DNA of 64,000 nt from a virus (Duplodnaviria; Heunggongvirae; Uroviricota; Caudoviricetes), in the IMG/VR virus record IMGVR_UViG_3300027985_001053; one strand, written 5' to 3'. Shown here piece after piece: positions 20,098-30,519 of this stretch. The notes beneath the pieces are model-generated. The model made no database searches. It was not told the DNA's origin and saw only the letters and a program-made list of their open reading frames with translations. Position 1 is the first letter of the stretch. Every line of letters begins with the position of its first letter. Both the position numbers and the translations under genes were made by a program.

Positions 20098-23000
20098 ATG
20101 GCAGGAATAGGTAATCAACTAGTATCATATAGCTACAAAATGGAAGCTACTTCAAAGTTATTTAATAGTTTAAACCATGGGGTATTAGATAAAGGAGTTT
20201 ATTCCGGAGCAGAGTTTTTAAAAGCTGTATCTGCAACTACAACAGAGTTTAGAATTACCCCAGGAACTTTTATTTTTATTACCGAAAATGAAGGTGTTGC
20301 AGCAAAAATAACTACTCAAGAAGTTATTACAATAGATAAAGCTACTTATGGCTTTGATGACCTACATAATACTGTAGTAGCTAGGTTTAAGTGGTTGAAT
20401 GCTGAAGGGACTTATATGGAGATACGATGTGTAGATCCATTAATAAATGAAGGTTCTTTGTCTAATAGACATGCCGAAGATATTATTTTAGGAACTCTTT
20501 CTACAAGTTTAGGGCTTTTAAACAGTACGCTTAGTATCAATTCTTTGTTTAATACAGAGAACAGAGATATTCCTTCCATTAGAAAAGACTTTATAGAACC
20601 AAACTTTAGAGTTTATGCTACCGTACCGTATACAAACTCAGTAAACATAAGCTCAGGACATATTCAAGCAAAATCTCAAGAAATTATTTATGGAGGTGTT
20701 ACAGCTTTTCCAAATAATGATAAAATTGTAACATCTCACCAGGGATTAACAGAACTAACATCAGTATCTCAAGTAGGATTCACCTTACCAAGTGCGTCTC
20801 TTAAAAGAAAAGATCTTATATATCTTGTAGTAGAGAACGATGATTTACGAGTAGAAGTTCTTCAAGGGACTGCTGTTACGTTAGCTAGTACCGCAATTGC
20901 TCCAGAATATTTAGGTAGAAATGTTATCGCAGAGGTTACTGTACGAGGTGACAGGTCCTACATTGCCCCTGAAGATATTAAAACAGTATCTACAATTACT
21001 AAAGACCTTTCTAAAGCACTTTTTATTGATTTAAAATCTCGTTCGTTAGACACTTGTTCGTCAAATGGAGATTACATATTTACATCAGTGCTTAATAATC
21101 CTGTAGGGACTCCTGCTTCTTATGGGCTTCCTTCTGATTTAACGCTTGTAGATAGTCAAAATATTGCAGGAGTGTTAACAACAAAAGGAAATAGTTCTCA
21201 AGATATTTATCAAACTCTTATTCTTCAAGAAAATGACCAGATTTTACGGCCTAGGATATATAATAGACAAAGTGATGGAGGTGTTTTTACTTCATGGGTT
21301 GAGTCTAATGTGAAGAAAAATATTGTTGGATTAACAGATTCAGACTCTCCTATTTTTGCAGGGTTGACTTTAACAGGGATAGCTACATTTTCCGGAAGTT
21401 CTATAGACTTTACAAAGCCTTTAGGGATTACTGACAACAGTATTTCGGTTTACAGGAATACTGCCTCTGGAACATACGGCTTAAACTTTATTAGATCTAG
21501 TATTACACGAGGTTATGTTTCTTTTGATTTTTCTTCATCTCAATTGAAATTTCAAGCGGACGGGTCATACTCTTTTAGAAACGCTGCTGATACAGCTAAC
21601 TTAGTTACACTAACAGACACTGCATATAATAGTTATGTTCCAAATGTAATTACTGTTTCCTCAGGAACCCCTTTAGCCATTAAAGCAACAGTTCCGACTA
21701 GTTCTTCATATATTTCTTTTATAAACAATCTATCAAATAAAGACGTGTTTTTTGGGCTTGGTAACTCAGAAAATTCAGGAGTATCAGTAAGAGACAGGAG
21801 TTATTGGTACGCTAATACATCACTAGGTTTATCTTTAATCGCTAATAACAATGATATAAGGTTTTACTTTAACATAGGAACAGAATCAGCCAGAATGTTT
21901 TCATCAGGTCGTTGGGGGTTCGGTGCAATTGTTGATGATGGAACTCATGCAGTACAGATTGCAGGAAGAGTTCGCTATGGAATCGGAGATAGCTATATAA
22001 GTTCACAACATATTTCAGATTATAACATGATAACGTTTTCTAGTTCTGGGGTAGCATCTTCTAATCAATACTTAATAGCTTATTCTGATTTACATAACGT
22101 AACTCCGTTAGCTTTGGCGTTAAAAAACCTAGTAGGAGATATAGGATTTTATACTGGAGCAAGCGTTACAGAAAGATTAAAAATTACTAAAAATGGTGAG
22201 GTTCTAATTGGCACAATTTCAAGTAATACCGCAGGTAGTAAATTACAAGTAGTAGGAGAAACAGAGTTAAGAGATGATGGTGCTTTTCCCCTAACTTTAT
22301 ATCGATCTAGTAAGGTTGCTAATGCTGGAGTAGTGTTGAATTTCGGATTAAATAATTCAAACGACATTAGAGTAATATACAGTCGGTTAGTTGGAAGTCT
22401 AGTCACAAATACCGCTGGTAGTGAAAAAGGTGAACTAAAGGTAGGGGTTACTTTTAATGGTTCAAACATCTATACAACTCAGTTTTTAGGAGATAGTACT
22501 GTTAGTTCTGTACCACTATCTATTAATGTATCAACTGCAGCAGCAGAACCTTTAAAAATAAAGAGTACAGTATCAGTATCGTCATCGTATCTTTTGTTTG
22601 AAAATGATTTGGGCGACAGGAAGCCTACATTTGGAGTAGGAAATTCAGCACATCCTTATGCTTCCATTTTAGGACGTGGTTTTTGGAGCAGTAACTCAGC
22701 TTTAGGATTATCTCTTCTAGGAAACAATACTGACATCCGATTTTACAAAGATTTATCAACTGAATCAGCTAGAATGTTTAGTTCAGGTCGATGGGGTTTT
22801 GGGACAACTGTTGATGATGGTGCAAATACGATTCAAATAGTAGGTGGATTGTCAATAAAAAAGTCAGTATCAGGAACTTTTTCAGCTTTAACATTAGCTA
22901 ATCTCTCAGGTGCAACAAATGATGAAGTTGTTCTTGATTTTTCAATTGCTTCTGCTGGGCTTGTAACATCTAGAATTATATCAAAAAAAATAGGAGGTGC

Positions 23001-25263
23001 AGGGGCTTCAAATTTAATATTTCAAAACTATTCTGGAACAGAGATGGTAACTTCATTAACTGTTGGTTATCAAACCATTATAACAAATAAACAAGTTATT
23101 TATAGAATAGATGATGTTGAAAACGCTCGTATATTTAGTTCAGGTCGATGGGGATTTGGTACAACTACAGATAATGGTTATACAGTTCAGGTAGCTGGGA
23201 CTTTATCAGTTAATAATAAATTAACAATAGGAGATAGCTTAATAACTGCATCAAAACCAGTTTTAATAAACTCTGGAGTGTCATCGGTTGAATCTATGAT
23301 AATAGATGGAATAGGCACTCTAACAGGATTGACAATAAAAGTAGCAACATCAACAAAGGGAAGAGTTTGGGCAAATAGTACTTCTGGTTTTTTTGCAGTA
23401 GGAGCAGGAAATGAAACAGACAGTATTCTTTTTAAAAATGGGAATGCACTTTTTGGAAGTAATGTTGATACTGGGGAAAAATGGCAGGTAACAGGAACAG
23501 GCAAAATATCGCACTCTCTTAGAATTGACAATCAAAAGCCATTGGTTAAACTTGGAACAATAGCAGACTTAAAGGCATACGTTCCAGTTGACAACGAAGT
23601 ATTAGTGAAAGTATCGGGTTATTACACTGCTAATTCTTGCCCAGACATCCCAATTTATAGTTATGATCCCTCAAGCACAGAGACACCAAACAATTACTCT
23701 ATAATACAGCCCACAGCCGTAACAGGAGCAGGGCGATTTAAATATAATGTAGAGGTATTAGATGCTAGTTGGAGTCCAGCGATAGGAGATGGAGTTACAG
23801 ATGACTCTACAATAATCAATGAACTAATCACAAAAACAAAAGGTTATTTAATAATTGATAAAGATTATTATGTACCGAACCTTGTGAACCTTAATGGTAT
23901 AAAATTCAAGGGTTCGGGAAGGCTTTTAAAAGATGCTAAAGGTAGTGGAAAAGATAGGGCAAACTCAGAATCCGATAACTATCAATATGTGTTTGGAAGA
24001 GAATATTTATCTCATTTTCATCAAAAATATATTGATGGATGGACAGCAAAACCGAAAGTTATTTTTTCAGGAGACAGTACTACATGGGGTGTGCCTAGTT
24101 CTTTGTATAATGTAAATGAGCTTTTTGAAAATGTAGCAAACGCAAAAGGTATGCAGACAGTATATGGAATTGATAGTATAAACGCTGGTCATTCTGGGGA
24201 AAGTACAGCAACATGGCTATCAACACATTTAGATGTAGATATGGCACAAAATCCAAATCTTTACGTTTTAAGATGGGGAATAAATGATGGTGCATTAAAT
24301 CCAGCAACATTTTTATCTAATCTTAGAGCAGGATTGTATAAAATTAGAGTAACTTTAGGAAAGCAAATTGATTCTTTATCAATAATTTTAATGGCTCCTA
24401 ACTCAACAAATGATACTCCAAATGGAAGAGATGCAACGTGGTATGAATCTCAACTGCAAGGGCTAAAAGAAATAGCAAGAGAGTTTAGTTGTGTTTTTAT
24501 TGACACCTATTCATATTTTAGAAATGTAGCATCAGCATCAAATATTTATATGGATGATCCTTATGGTAACGGTATAGCAATACACCCTTATCCAGTAATG
24601 TATCAGTGGATAACAAGCATAATTAGTGATGTAGTATTTCCTGATGTTGTATGTTCTAAGGCTTCTTTAACTAACTTTACATCGACATCAGGGGGAGAAG
24701 CTACAACTCCGATTGCAACAGTACCTTCAAGTTTTGGATACGGCTTAACAGCAAGAAGAACAGCACCGGGGGATGGATATCAATATGATGGGAATATCTT
24801 TACACTAAGAACAGGGGATGAAACATTATTTCAAATAAATTTTCCTTACGGTACCAATTCAAGAGATTTTAGTTTTAGGGTTGGAAGCAGTGCTACTGAT
24901 CAATGGTCGACATTTTCAAGAGTTGGAGGAGCTTTTTTTACGCTAACAAGCCCATACACTATACCAGCTAGACCATCAGCAGGACTTATTATTAAAGTAG
25001 AGGGATCATTAGCTTGTTTAAGTGGATATATAACAATCCCAGCAACAACAATACCTGTAGGTGGTATTATCGCAACAATACCAGCAGGAGTAAGAATAAC
25101 AACAACGGATTCAATTCTTATCTTGGGAACTACAAACGCATCAGGTATAGCACATGTTAGAATAGAAATTAATCCCGATGGAACAATAACATGCCCTGAT
25201 GGGGTTTCTAATCCAGGATCACCATACAGATTATATATAAATGCTATCTATGATATAGGTTAA
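20098..25263 (+). CDS. Long tail fibre/tailspike with SGNH hydrolase domain
   Basis: Gly/Ser/Thr-rich fibre with three RxFSSGRWGFG repeats, TIADLKA/GYY tailspike-head motif, GDGVTDD, SGNH blocks FSGDS, GHSG, GIND, D..GIAIHP. Confidence 0.85.
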   Translation: MAGIGNQLVSYSYKMEATSKLFNSLNHGVLDKGVYSGAEFLKAVSATTTEFRITPGTFIFITENEGVAAKITTQEVITIDKATYGFDDLHNTVVARFKWLNAEGTYMEIRCVDPLINEGSLSNRHAEDIILGTLSTSLGLLNSTLSINSLFNTENRDIPSIRKDFIEPNFRVYATVPYTNSVNISSGHIQAKSQEIIYGGVTAFPNNDKIVTSHQGLTELTSVSQVGFTLPSASLKRKDLIYLVVENDDLRVEVLQGTAVTLASTAIAPEYLGRNVIAEVTVRGDRSYIAPEDIKTVSTITKDLSKALFIDLKSRSLDTCSSNGDYIFTSVLNNPVGTPASYGLPSDLTLVDSQNIAGVLTTKGNSSQDIYQTLILQENDQILRPRIYNRQSDGGVFTSWVESNVKKNIVGLTDSDSPIFAGLTLTGIATFSGSSIDFTKPLGITDNSISVYRNTASGTYGLNFIRSSITRGYVSFDFSSSQLKFQADGSYSFRNAADTANLVTLTDTAYNSYVPNVITVSSGTPLAIKATVPTSSSYISFINNLSNKDVFFGLGNSENSGVSVRDRSYWYANTSLGLSLIANNNDIRFYFNIGTESARMFSSGRWGFGAIVDDGTHAVQIAGRVRYGIGDSYISSQHISDYNMITFSSSGVASSNQYLIAYSDLHNVTPLALALKNLVGDIGFYTGASVTERLKITKNGEVLIGTISSNTAGSKLQVVGETELRDDGAFPLTLYRSSKVANAGVVLNFGLNNSNDIRVIYSRLVGSLVTNTAGSEKGELKVGVTFNGSNIYTTQFLGDSTVSSVPLSINVSTAAAEPLKIKSTVSVSSSYLLFENDLGDRKPTFGVGNSAHPYASILGRGFWSSNSALGLSLLGNNTDIRFYKDLSTESARMFSSGRWGFGTTVDDGANTIQIVGGLSIKKSVSGTFSALTLANLSGATNDEVVLDFSIASAGLVTSRIISKKIGGAGASNLIFQNYSGTEMVTSLTVGYQTIITNKQVIYRIDDVENARIFSSGRWGFGTTTDNGYTVQVAGTLSVNNKLTIGDSLITASKPVLINSGVSSVESMIIDGIGTLTGLTIKVATSTKGRVWANSTSGFFAVGAGNETDSILFKNGNALFGSNVDTGEKWQVTGTGKISHSLRIDNQKPLVKLGTIADLKAYVPVDNEVLVKVSGYYTANSCPDIPIYSYDPSSTETPNNYSIIQPTAVTGAGRFKYNVEVLDASWSPAIGDGVTDDSTIINELITKTKGYLIIDKDYYVPNLVNLNGIKFKGSGRLLKDAKGSGKDRANSESDNYQYVFGREYLSHFHQKYIDGWTAKPKVIFSGDSTTWGVPSSLYNVNELFENVANAKGMQTVYGIDSINAGHSGESTATWLSTHLDVDMAQNPNLYVLRWGINDGALNPATFLSNLRAGLYKIRVTLGKQIDSLSIILMAPNSTNDTPNGRDATWYESQLQGLKEIAREFSCVFIDTYSYFRNVASASNIYMDDPYGNGIAIHPYPVMYQWITSIISDVVFPDVVCSKASLTNFTSTSGGEATTPIATVPSSFGYGLTARRTAPGDGYQYDGNIFTLRTGDETLFQINFPYGTNSRDFSFRVGSSATDQWSTFSRVGGAFFTLTSPYTIPARPSAGLIIKVEGSLACLSGYITIPATTIPVGGIIATIPAGVRITTTDSILILGTTNASGIAHVRIEINPDGTITCPDGVSNPGSPYRLYINAIYDIG

Positions 25264-25273
25264 GGAGAGCAAT

Positions 25274-25549
25274 ATGGCATTAACAACAACAACTGAAATT
25301 TTAGGAGAAGAAAAAGAGGTTTATGCAAAAACAGTATATTTTGCAACAAACTTTAACGGAGAATGCGAGGTAAAATTAGGAAACTTTTTATCTAAAGAAG
25401 CACGAGAAAAAAACATTGAGAATGGTGTAAGAAAGAGACCAAATATTGAGTATACGGATGAGGTAAAAGAAAAGCTAGACCTAATTAACGGATTAGTGTA
25501 TGATATTCTTAAATTACAGAAAGAGTTTGAAAACTCTTCAGATGCGTAG
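25274..25549 (+). CDS. Small protein after tail fibre (possible assembly chaperone)
   Basis: Position only; AAGGAG RBS. Confidence 0.5.
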   Translation: MALTTTTEILGEEKEVYAKTVYFATNFNGECEVKLGNFLSKEAREKNIENGVRKRPNIEYTDEVKEKLDLINGLVYDILKLQKEFENSSDA

Positions 25550-25557
25550 GAGATTAC

Positions 25558-25965
25558 ATGCGAACAAAATTGTATTTACAAGAATGTGTTATTCCGCTTA
25601 TTAATGGGTTTGGTTCTAAAGAGGAGTGTTCTATCAAGAATACATCTTTATCCTCTAAGATCTTTAAGTTTAAGAAATTTCACAAAGACCTTGTTGAAGA
25701 ACTTCAAGAACAAGGACAAGCTTTAGCAGAGAAATGGGTAGTTCCAAAAACTTTTGAGCTAGACGAAAAAGGTCTTTTTAAATCTGGTTCTAAGGGAGAT
25801 TATTTGATGTTCCTTAAAGAGAATAGTGAGCTTCTTTCAGAAGAAATCGCTGATTGCGATATTACTTTCTCGATGGCTGATTTTGAGGGGTCTGAGATTG
25901 CTCATTGGATTCTAAATCTACTAGATGATTTTAATTTATTGGTTGAACCTACTCCTTCTACTTAA
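25558..25965 (+). CDS. Hypothetical acidic protein
   Basis: AGGAG RBS. Confidence 0.6.
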   Translation: MRTKLYLQECVIPLINGFGSKEECSIKNTSLSSKIFKFKKFHKDLVEELQEQGQALAEKWVVPKTFELDEKGLFKSGSKGDYLMFLKENSELLSEEIADCDITFSMADFEGSEIAHWILNLLDDFNLLVEPTPST

Positions 25966-25984
25966 GGTAGTTAGTTAAACCTAG

Positions 25985-26024
25985 GTATCCCTTTATTGAC
26001 TATATATCATAAGGGGATACTTTT
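25985..26024 (+). promoter_or_regulatory. 12-bp hairpin with U-tract that also covers the RBS of the next gene
   Basis: GTATCCCTTTAT (25985-96) pairs with ATAAGGGGATAC (26009-20), followed by TTTT; GTG start at 26028. Confidence 0.55.
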
Positions 26025-26027
26025 AAC

Positions 26028-27161
26028 GTGAAAGAAAAATCTATAAAAATACTTGGATTCATAATAATAGCTTTGGCTTTAATTTTCGGATCATTAACCT
26101 GGTTTGTTCAAGGAGCTCTTGAAACAGATTATTCCAAAGATTTACAAGAAAATCAAACTAATTATACACAAACAATAGACCTTATCGATTCAAACGAATG
26201 GTTATTACTTAGCAATACTCTTTTAGCTTATATTGAGAAAGCTCAAAGCGAGGGAGTTTTTATGGTGGAAGAAGTCGCTTATCGATCTGAAACTGTTTTT
26301 AATGGTAATTCACCCCATTTAGCTAACGCTATAGATACTTATTCGCAACCTAACAATCCTTTCAGGATTATAATTTCAGAAGTTTTTAAAGATTCTTATT
26401 TCAATAATATTCGTGCTAATAATATGGATCCTTTTTTCTTGAAAGGGTATTTTGTCGAAGAAGATAATTCCGATGATTGTGCTTCTTTTGGTAGCTCTAG
26501 GTCCGTAGAAGATGAATTTAAAATGCACGCAAATCCATACCTAGCTCGATACTTATTTTACACGATTCTTTCAGCAGATTTAGAGAACGTAGGTAAGGCT
26601 CCTATAGAAAATGTTTTATTTATGCAGTTTGATACTCATTCAGAAGGCGTAGACCTTCAAACCCCTTATGCAAATGAGTATGGTATAGTAATCCCCGAAG
26701 ATCAAGTAAATAAAAAAGCTTTAGTTTTAGAGTCCTACGATTTAGAAGGTTTAAAAACATATTTCTTAGCAACGAAATCTTATGAAAAAACTTTTGAAGC
26801 TTTTGAGTTTGTGGTTCCTTCTTATATTTATAGTAACGAGGATATTTCAGGACGACTTTACATAGAAGGTGGAAAAAGAACTTCCGTAGATAAACTAATT
26901 ATTAATGTAGTTTTTAATTTTAAAAGTGTTATAAATAATAATTCTACTTTAAGAAAAGACCTTGATCTTTTTAAACAAGCAAGGCTTACTGCAAAAACTA
27001 AATACGATACAGTTCATGACCTATTACATAGGAGATATACTAGTAATGAGAGATTAACTTATTTCATAATAATTCTTCTTTCGATAGTTTGTTTCATGTC
27101 TTTATATTTTACTCAAAAACTAACAAAGGAGTTCTCTAGTGAAGGAGACACTAATCTTTAG
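26028..27161 (+). CDS. Two-TM membrane protein with ~300-aa extracytoplasmic domain
   Basis: N-terminal and C-terminal hydrophobic helices. Confidence 0.7.
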   Translation: MKEKSIKILGFIIIALALIFGSLTWFVQGALETDYSKDLQENQTNYTQTIDLIDSNEWLLLSNTLLAYIEKAQSEGVFMVEEVAYRSETVFNGNSPHLANAIDTYSQPNNPFRIIISEVFKDSYFNNIRANNMDPFFLKGYFVEEDNSDDCASFGSSRSVEDEFKMHANPYLARYLFYTILSADLENVGKAPIENVLFMQFDTHSEGVDLQTPYANEYGIVIPEDQVNKKALVLESYDLEGLKTYFLATKSYEKTFEAFEFVVPSYIYSNEDISGRLYIEGGKRTSVDKLIINVVFNFKSVINNNSTLRKDLDLFKQARLTAKTKYDTVHDLLHRRYTSNERLTYFIIILLSIVCFMSLYFTQKLTKEFSSEGDTNL

Positions 27162-27537
27162 CCCAGAAGAAATAAATGAGTTATTAAGATTTTTATCAGT
27201 ATATTTATCTCTATTTTTAGGGTCTTCTATAGGTACTTATACTAAATGTATGCTATTCCCATCTAAAAATAACTTTAAACAATGGGTTGGCTTAGCTATA
27301 CTTGCGAGTTTGATTTCTCTTAAAATTTATTTAATGCTTGATGAAACATCTTTGCCCCAAATATTTCTAGTATGTACTACTGTAGGTTTTGTAACACCTG
27401 CTTTTAAGTCTTGGTTTAAAGGTAAAAAGTTAGTAAAGATTTTCATAAATGCTTTTAAGAAAACAAATGATTTAACTTCTACATTGATTGATGAATTAGG
27501 GGAATCTTTAGACAAGGAGACATCAGATGACAGATAA
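27139..27537 (+). CDS. Small multi-TM membrane protein (holin-like)
   Basis: Three hydrophobic segments, basic then acidic tail. Confidence 0.55.
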   Translation: MKETLIFSPEEINELLRFLSVYLSLFLGSSIGTYTKCMLFPSKNNFKQWVGLAILASLISLKIYLMLDETSLPQIFLVCTTVGFVTPAFKSWFKGKKLVKIFINAFKKTNDLTSTLIDELGESLDKETSDDR

Positions 27538-27778
27538 TATTGCTTTAACAAAAGATACTTGGGTAGAGATATCGTCAGTTTCTGTCGATTTTCAAATACA
27601 GGGACAATTTCCAGCATTTATTACAGAGCAAGCTTCCTTACCTGCAATAGATACTATCGATAAGAAAACTGCATTGCCTGGTAAGATGTATACATATACT
27701 AAGTTAGATGGTAATTTTTATGCAAGGGCTGTAGGACAAAATACCTCAATATCTTTTGATCCTATAGTAGGAGCTTAG
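27527..27778 (+). CDS. Small beta-rich virion-like protein
   Basis: AAGGAG RBS, precedes large structural gene. Confidence 0.5.
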   Translation: MTDNIALTKDTWVEISSVSVDFQIQGQFPAFITEQASLPAIDTIDKKTALPGKMYTYTKLDGNFYARAVGQNTSISFDPIVGA

Positions 27779-27779
27779 T

Positions 27780-29972
27780 ATGGGTTTTAAAGAAGGAACT
27801 AATGGCTCTAGCGGAAGTAGTGCCTGGGGGAATATTACAGGGATACTATCTAATCAATTAGATTTAGATACAAGATTTAAACTAACAGAAGAACAATGGA
27901 GATATTATGAAATTTTTGAAAGCACATCAACAAACACAGGTACACTTACAATCCCTACAGAATCCCAAATTCTTCTCGGAAGATACCCTTCAGGAGTCTC
28001 AGCAATTTGTGTTACCCTTGATGGAAATGGAAGACCGCTTGACGAAATCGCTCGGGAAGCAGATCTTACGCCTGTTACGGTTTCGTTGGATATATCCGGT
28101 AATTTTGTTTTGTCAGGTACTCCAGTGCCTACTCCTGTTGGTATTGTATATGAAATAAGAATACAGCATCAATTCTCGAATAACGTTCCTGAATCAAGTA
28201 TTTTAAATTCTTGGAGCATATCTGACTCCGACCACATAACTTCAGTTGATAGTATTCTTCCTTATGGTGCTAATTTAACTCAAGTAGTTCAGACAATTCA
28301 AGAAAATAATCCGGGGATTCTTTTCGATTCATTGTTAGCTCCTCCAGCATTTGAAGAGGGTAAGTTGTTTTATGATGGAATTGATAAATCCTTTAATTAC
28401 TATGCTGAGATTACAGGTGTCCGACCTACTCGTATAGGACGTACTTTAAGGAGTAGGATATATAATGATGAACCTGACACTTTAGTAAAAGGAACAGTTA
28501 TAAAGATTTCAGGAGTTGCGAATGGAGCTCCTAAAGTAAAAAGAGCTCAAGCCAATTCAATAAATGATGTTAAATCTACGATAGGAATGGTAATGGCTGA
28601 TATTTTACCTGGAGAGATTGGGTACTCAGCGGTGTTTGATGTTATTTTTGGTGTTGATACTTCATCAGCTCTTTTGAATGACTTAGTGTATCTTTCTCCA
28701 GATACACCAGGAGGGTTTACATTTGAAGAGCCTAAAAGTCCTTACTATTCACTGCCTTTTGGTTTTGTATCATTCGTTGATAATGTAAATGGTGTAATTA
28801 GCGTTAGATTTGGTGGTTATTCAGGAACGGATACTTCTACAAATATTGAAGGATTTTTGAATGGTACTATAACACAAACCCCCTCAATAACTGTTCTCGT
28901 AAGTGGAGGAATAATTTATGCTGATATAGCGAATGAACATTTCCCAACCAAAAATTTACCTTTGTTGTTTGATGGGAAGCGTTATGATTTAGATGTAACG
29001 AATGGTTCAGGAGTTAACGGAGCCTATAGAGTTATTATTCCTCCAGGAGCATCTTCTACACAGAAGCAAAGGTCTCTTATCTACGTATATTTAAATAACG
29101 GGGTTCCTGCGATTGGAGTTTCTTCTACAGAACCAGTAATACCTTTTATAGAAATTGCTTATATTACAGTTTTTGATGCAGCTAGAACTTTATCAGATGG
29201 TAGAGCTTTTGGTGTAAGAAGATATAATAATGCTATTGATTTTAAAGATGGAAGTACCGATGGATCTAATGGAGGTTTCGTAGAAACAATCAATACAATA
29301 AGGTTCAAATTAGGAAGCAACTGGCTCTCAGGGCAGACAGGAACGCCAGTTGTTAACGATACTACCATTAGATTGCAACTCTCTTCAGGTAAAGCAGCTC
29401 AATTTCGGAAATCAATAACGCCTATCTTCGATGGTCTAAGTTATATTATATATAACAATTCTAGTAATTTAGCAACATATCAAGTAGTTAATAATTTAAC
29501 ATCGATTGTAACTTCTGCAAGTGGTGAATCTCTATTAGGAAATAACGTATTCTACACATTACGATGTTTTTATATGCTAAACTCTAAAGGGACTCCTAAT
29601 AATGTAATTGTTACACGTCCTTTATCGTATTATACTACAGCTAATGAAGCCATCCAGGATGCTCAGAACTATTCTACAAGTATTGCAGATACTGATATAG
29701 AAGAAATCACCTATCCTCTATACGATCTTGTTATAGGTCGTACAGGAGGAGGTGGAACAACTATTTCCTTGATAAAGCTAGTTGATAGACGAACACGATT
29801 ACCTGGGGGTACAGGAGGTGGCGTAGGATCTTCTTCTGGAGGAATTTTAACAGCACCTAACTTATCAACTATAGAACGTGATGCCTTAACACCTTCAAAT
29901 GGAATGATAATATATAACACTACTACCTCAGTTTTTAATTTCTTTGAAAATGGTTTGTGGACTACCAAGTAA
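27780..29972 (+). CDS. Putative virion structural/fibre protein
   Basis: WG.I.G.LSNQ.DL fibre motif, G.VVKISG...P.V..A.A...IG.V..DI..G..G module, Gly-rich linker. Confidence 0.65.
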   Translation: MGFKEGTNGSSGSSAWGNITGILSNQLDLDTRFKLTEEQWRYYEIFESTSTNTGTLTIPTESQILLGRYPSGVSAICVTLDGNGRPLDEIAREADLTPVTVSLDISGNFVLSGTPVPTPVGIVYEIRIQHQFSNNVPESSILNSWSISDSDHITSVDSILPYGANLTQVVQTIQENNPGILFDSLLAPPAFEEGKLFYDGIDKSFNYYAEITGVRPTRIGRTLRSRIYNDEPDTLVKGTVIKISGVANGAPKVKRAQANSINDVKSTIGMVMADILPGEIGYSAVFDVIFGVDTSSALLNDLVYLSPDTPGGFTFEEPKSPYYSLPFGFVSFVDNVNGVISVRFGGYSGTDTSTNIEGFLNGTITQTPSITVLVSGGIIYADIANEHFPTKNLPLLFDGKRYDLDVTNGSGVNGAYRVIIPPGASSTQKQRSLIYVYLNNGVPAIGVSSTEPVIPFIEIAYITVFDAARTLSDGRAFGVRRYNNAIDFKDGSTDGSNGGFVETINTIRFKLGSNWLSGQTGTPVVNDTTIRLQLSSGKAAQFRKSITPIFDGLSYIIYNNSSNLATYQVVNNLTSIVTSASGESLLGNNVFYTLRCFYMLNSKGTPNNVIVTRPLSYYTTANEAIQDAQNYSTSIADTDIEEITYPLYDLVIGRTGGGGTTISLIKLVDRRTRLPGGTGGGVGSSSGGILTAPNLSTIERDALTPSNGMIIYNTTTSVFNFFENGLWTTK

Positions 29973-29991
29973 TGCTTTTTACTATTAAAGT

Positions 29992-30519
29992 ATGACTAGA
30001 GATAAAGAAGATTTTGATATATATGCAGTAGATGATGGAATTGTTTGTTTAGTTTTGACTTCATCTTCACCGTATGGAAATAGAATTTACATACAGCACG
30101 ATAATTTAAGTGGGGTTATTATGTATGCTCATTTAGATAAGATGTTTGTAAAACCAGGAAGTGAAGTTGTGGCAGGCCAATGTATTGGTAAGATGGGAAC
30201 TACGGGGTTTACTTTAAATACTGGTAAACCTACTCCTCATCTGCATATTAGCTATTTTTCAGCTACTGCTAAAGAGTGGACAGCTTCCTATGCTACGGAT
30301 CCTACTTTTATTATTCAGTTAGGTAAGTATTATCCATGCAATACTAAAGTTTCAAATCCTTTCAAATCTAAGTTTTTTAATCCGAAATCAAGTGTTGCAT
30401 ATCATGAGGGTATAGATTTCAGTGGAACCCAGTTTATTGATAATTGGAAAAATATTCAAATAGATCCTTTGTTTCAAGATTATATGTTAAAAGAAGATTA
30501 CCCGGAGAAGTTTGTATGA
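29992..30519 (+). CDS. M23 family peptidase (putative endolysin), circularly permuted
   Basis: AVDDGIV, YAHL (H47), G.TG....PHLH (H83/H85), with HEGID (H138/D142) C-terminal to them. Confidence 0.85.
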   Translation: MTRDKEDFDIYAVDDGIVCLVLTSSSPYGNRIYIQHDNLSGVIMYAHLDKMFVKPGSEVVAGQCIGKMGTTGFTLNTGKPTPHLHISYFSATAKEWTASYATDPTFIIQLGKYYPCNTKVSNPFKSKFFNPKSSVAYHEGIDFSGTQFIDNWKNIQIDPLFQDYMLKEDYPEKFV

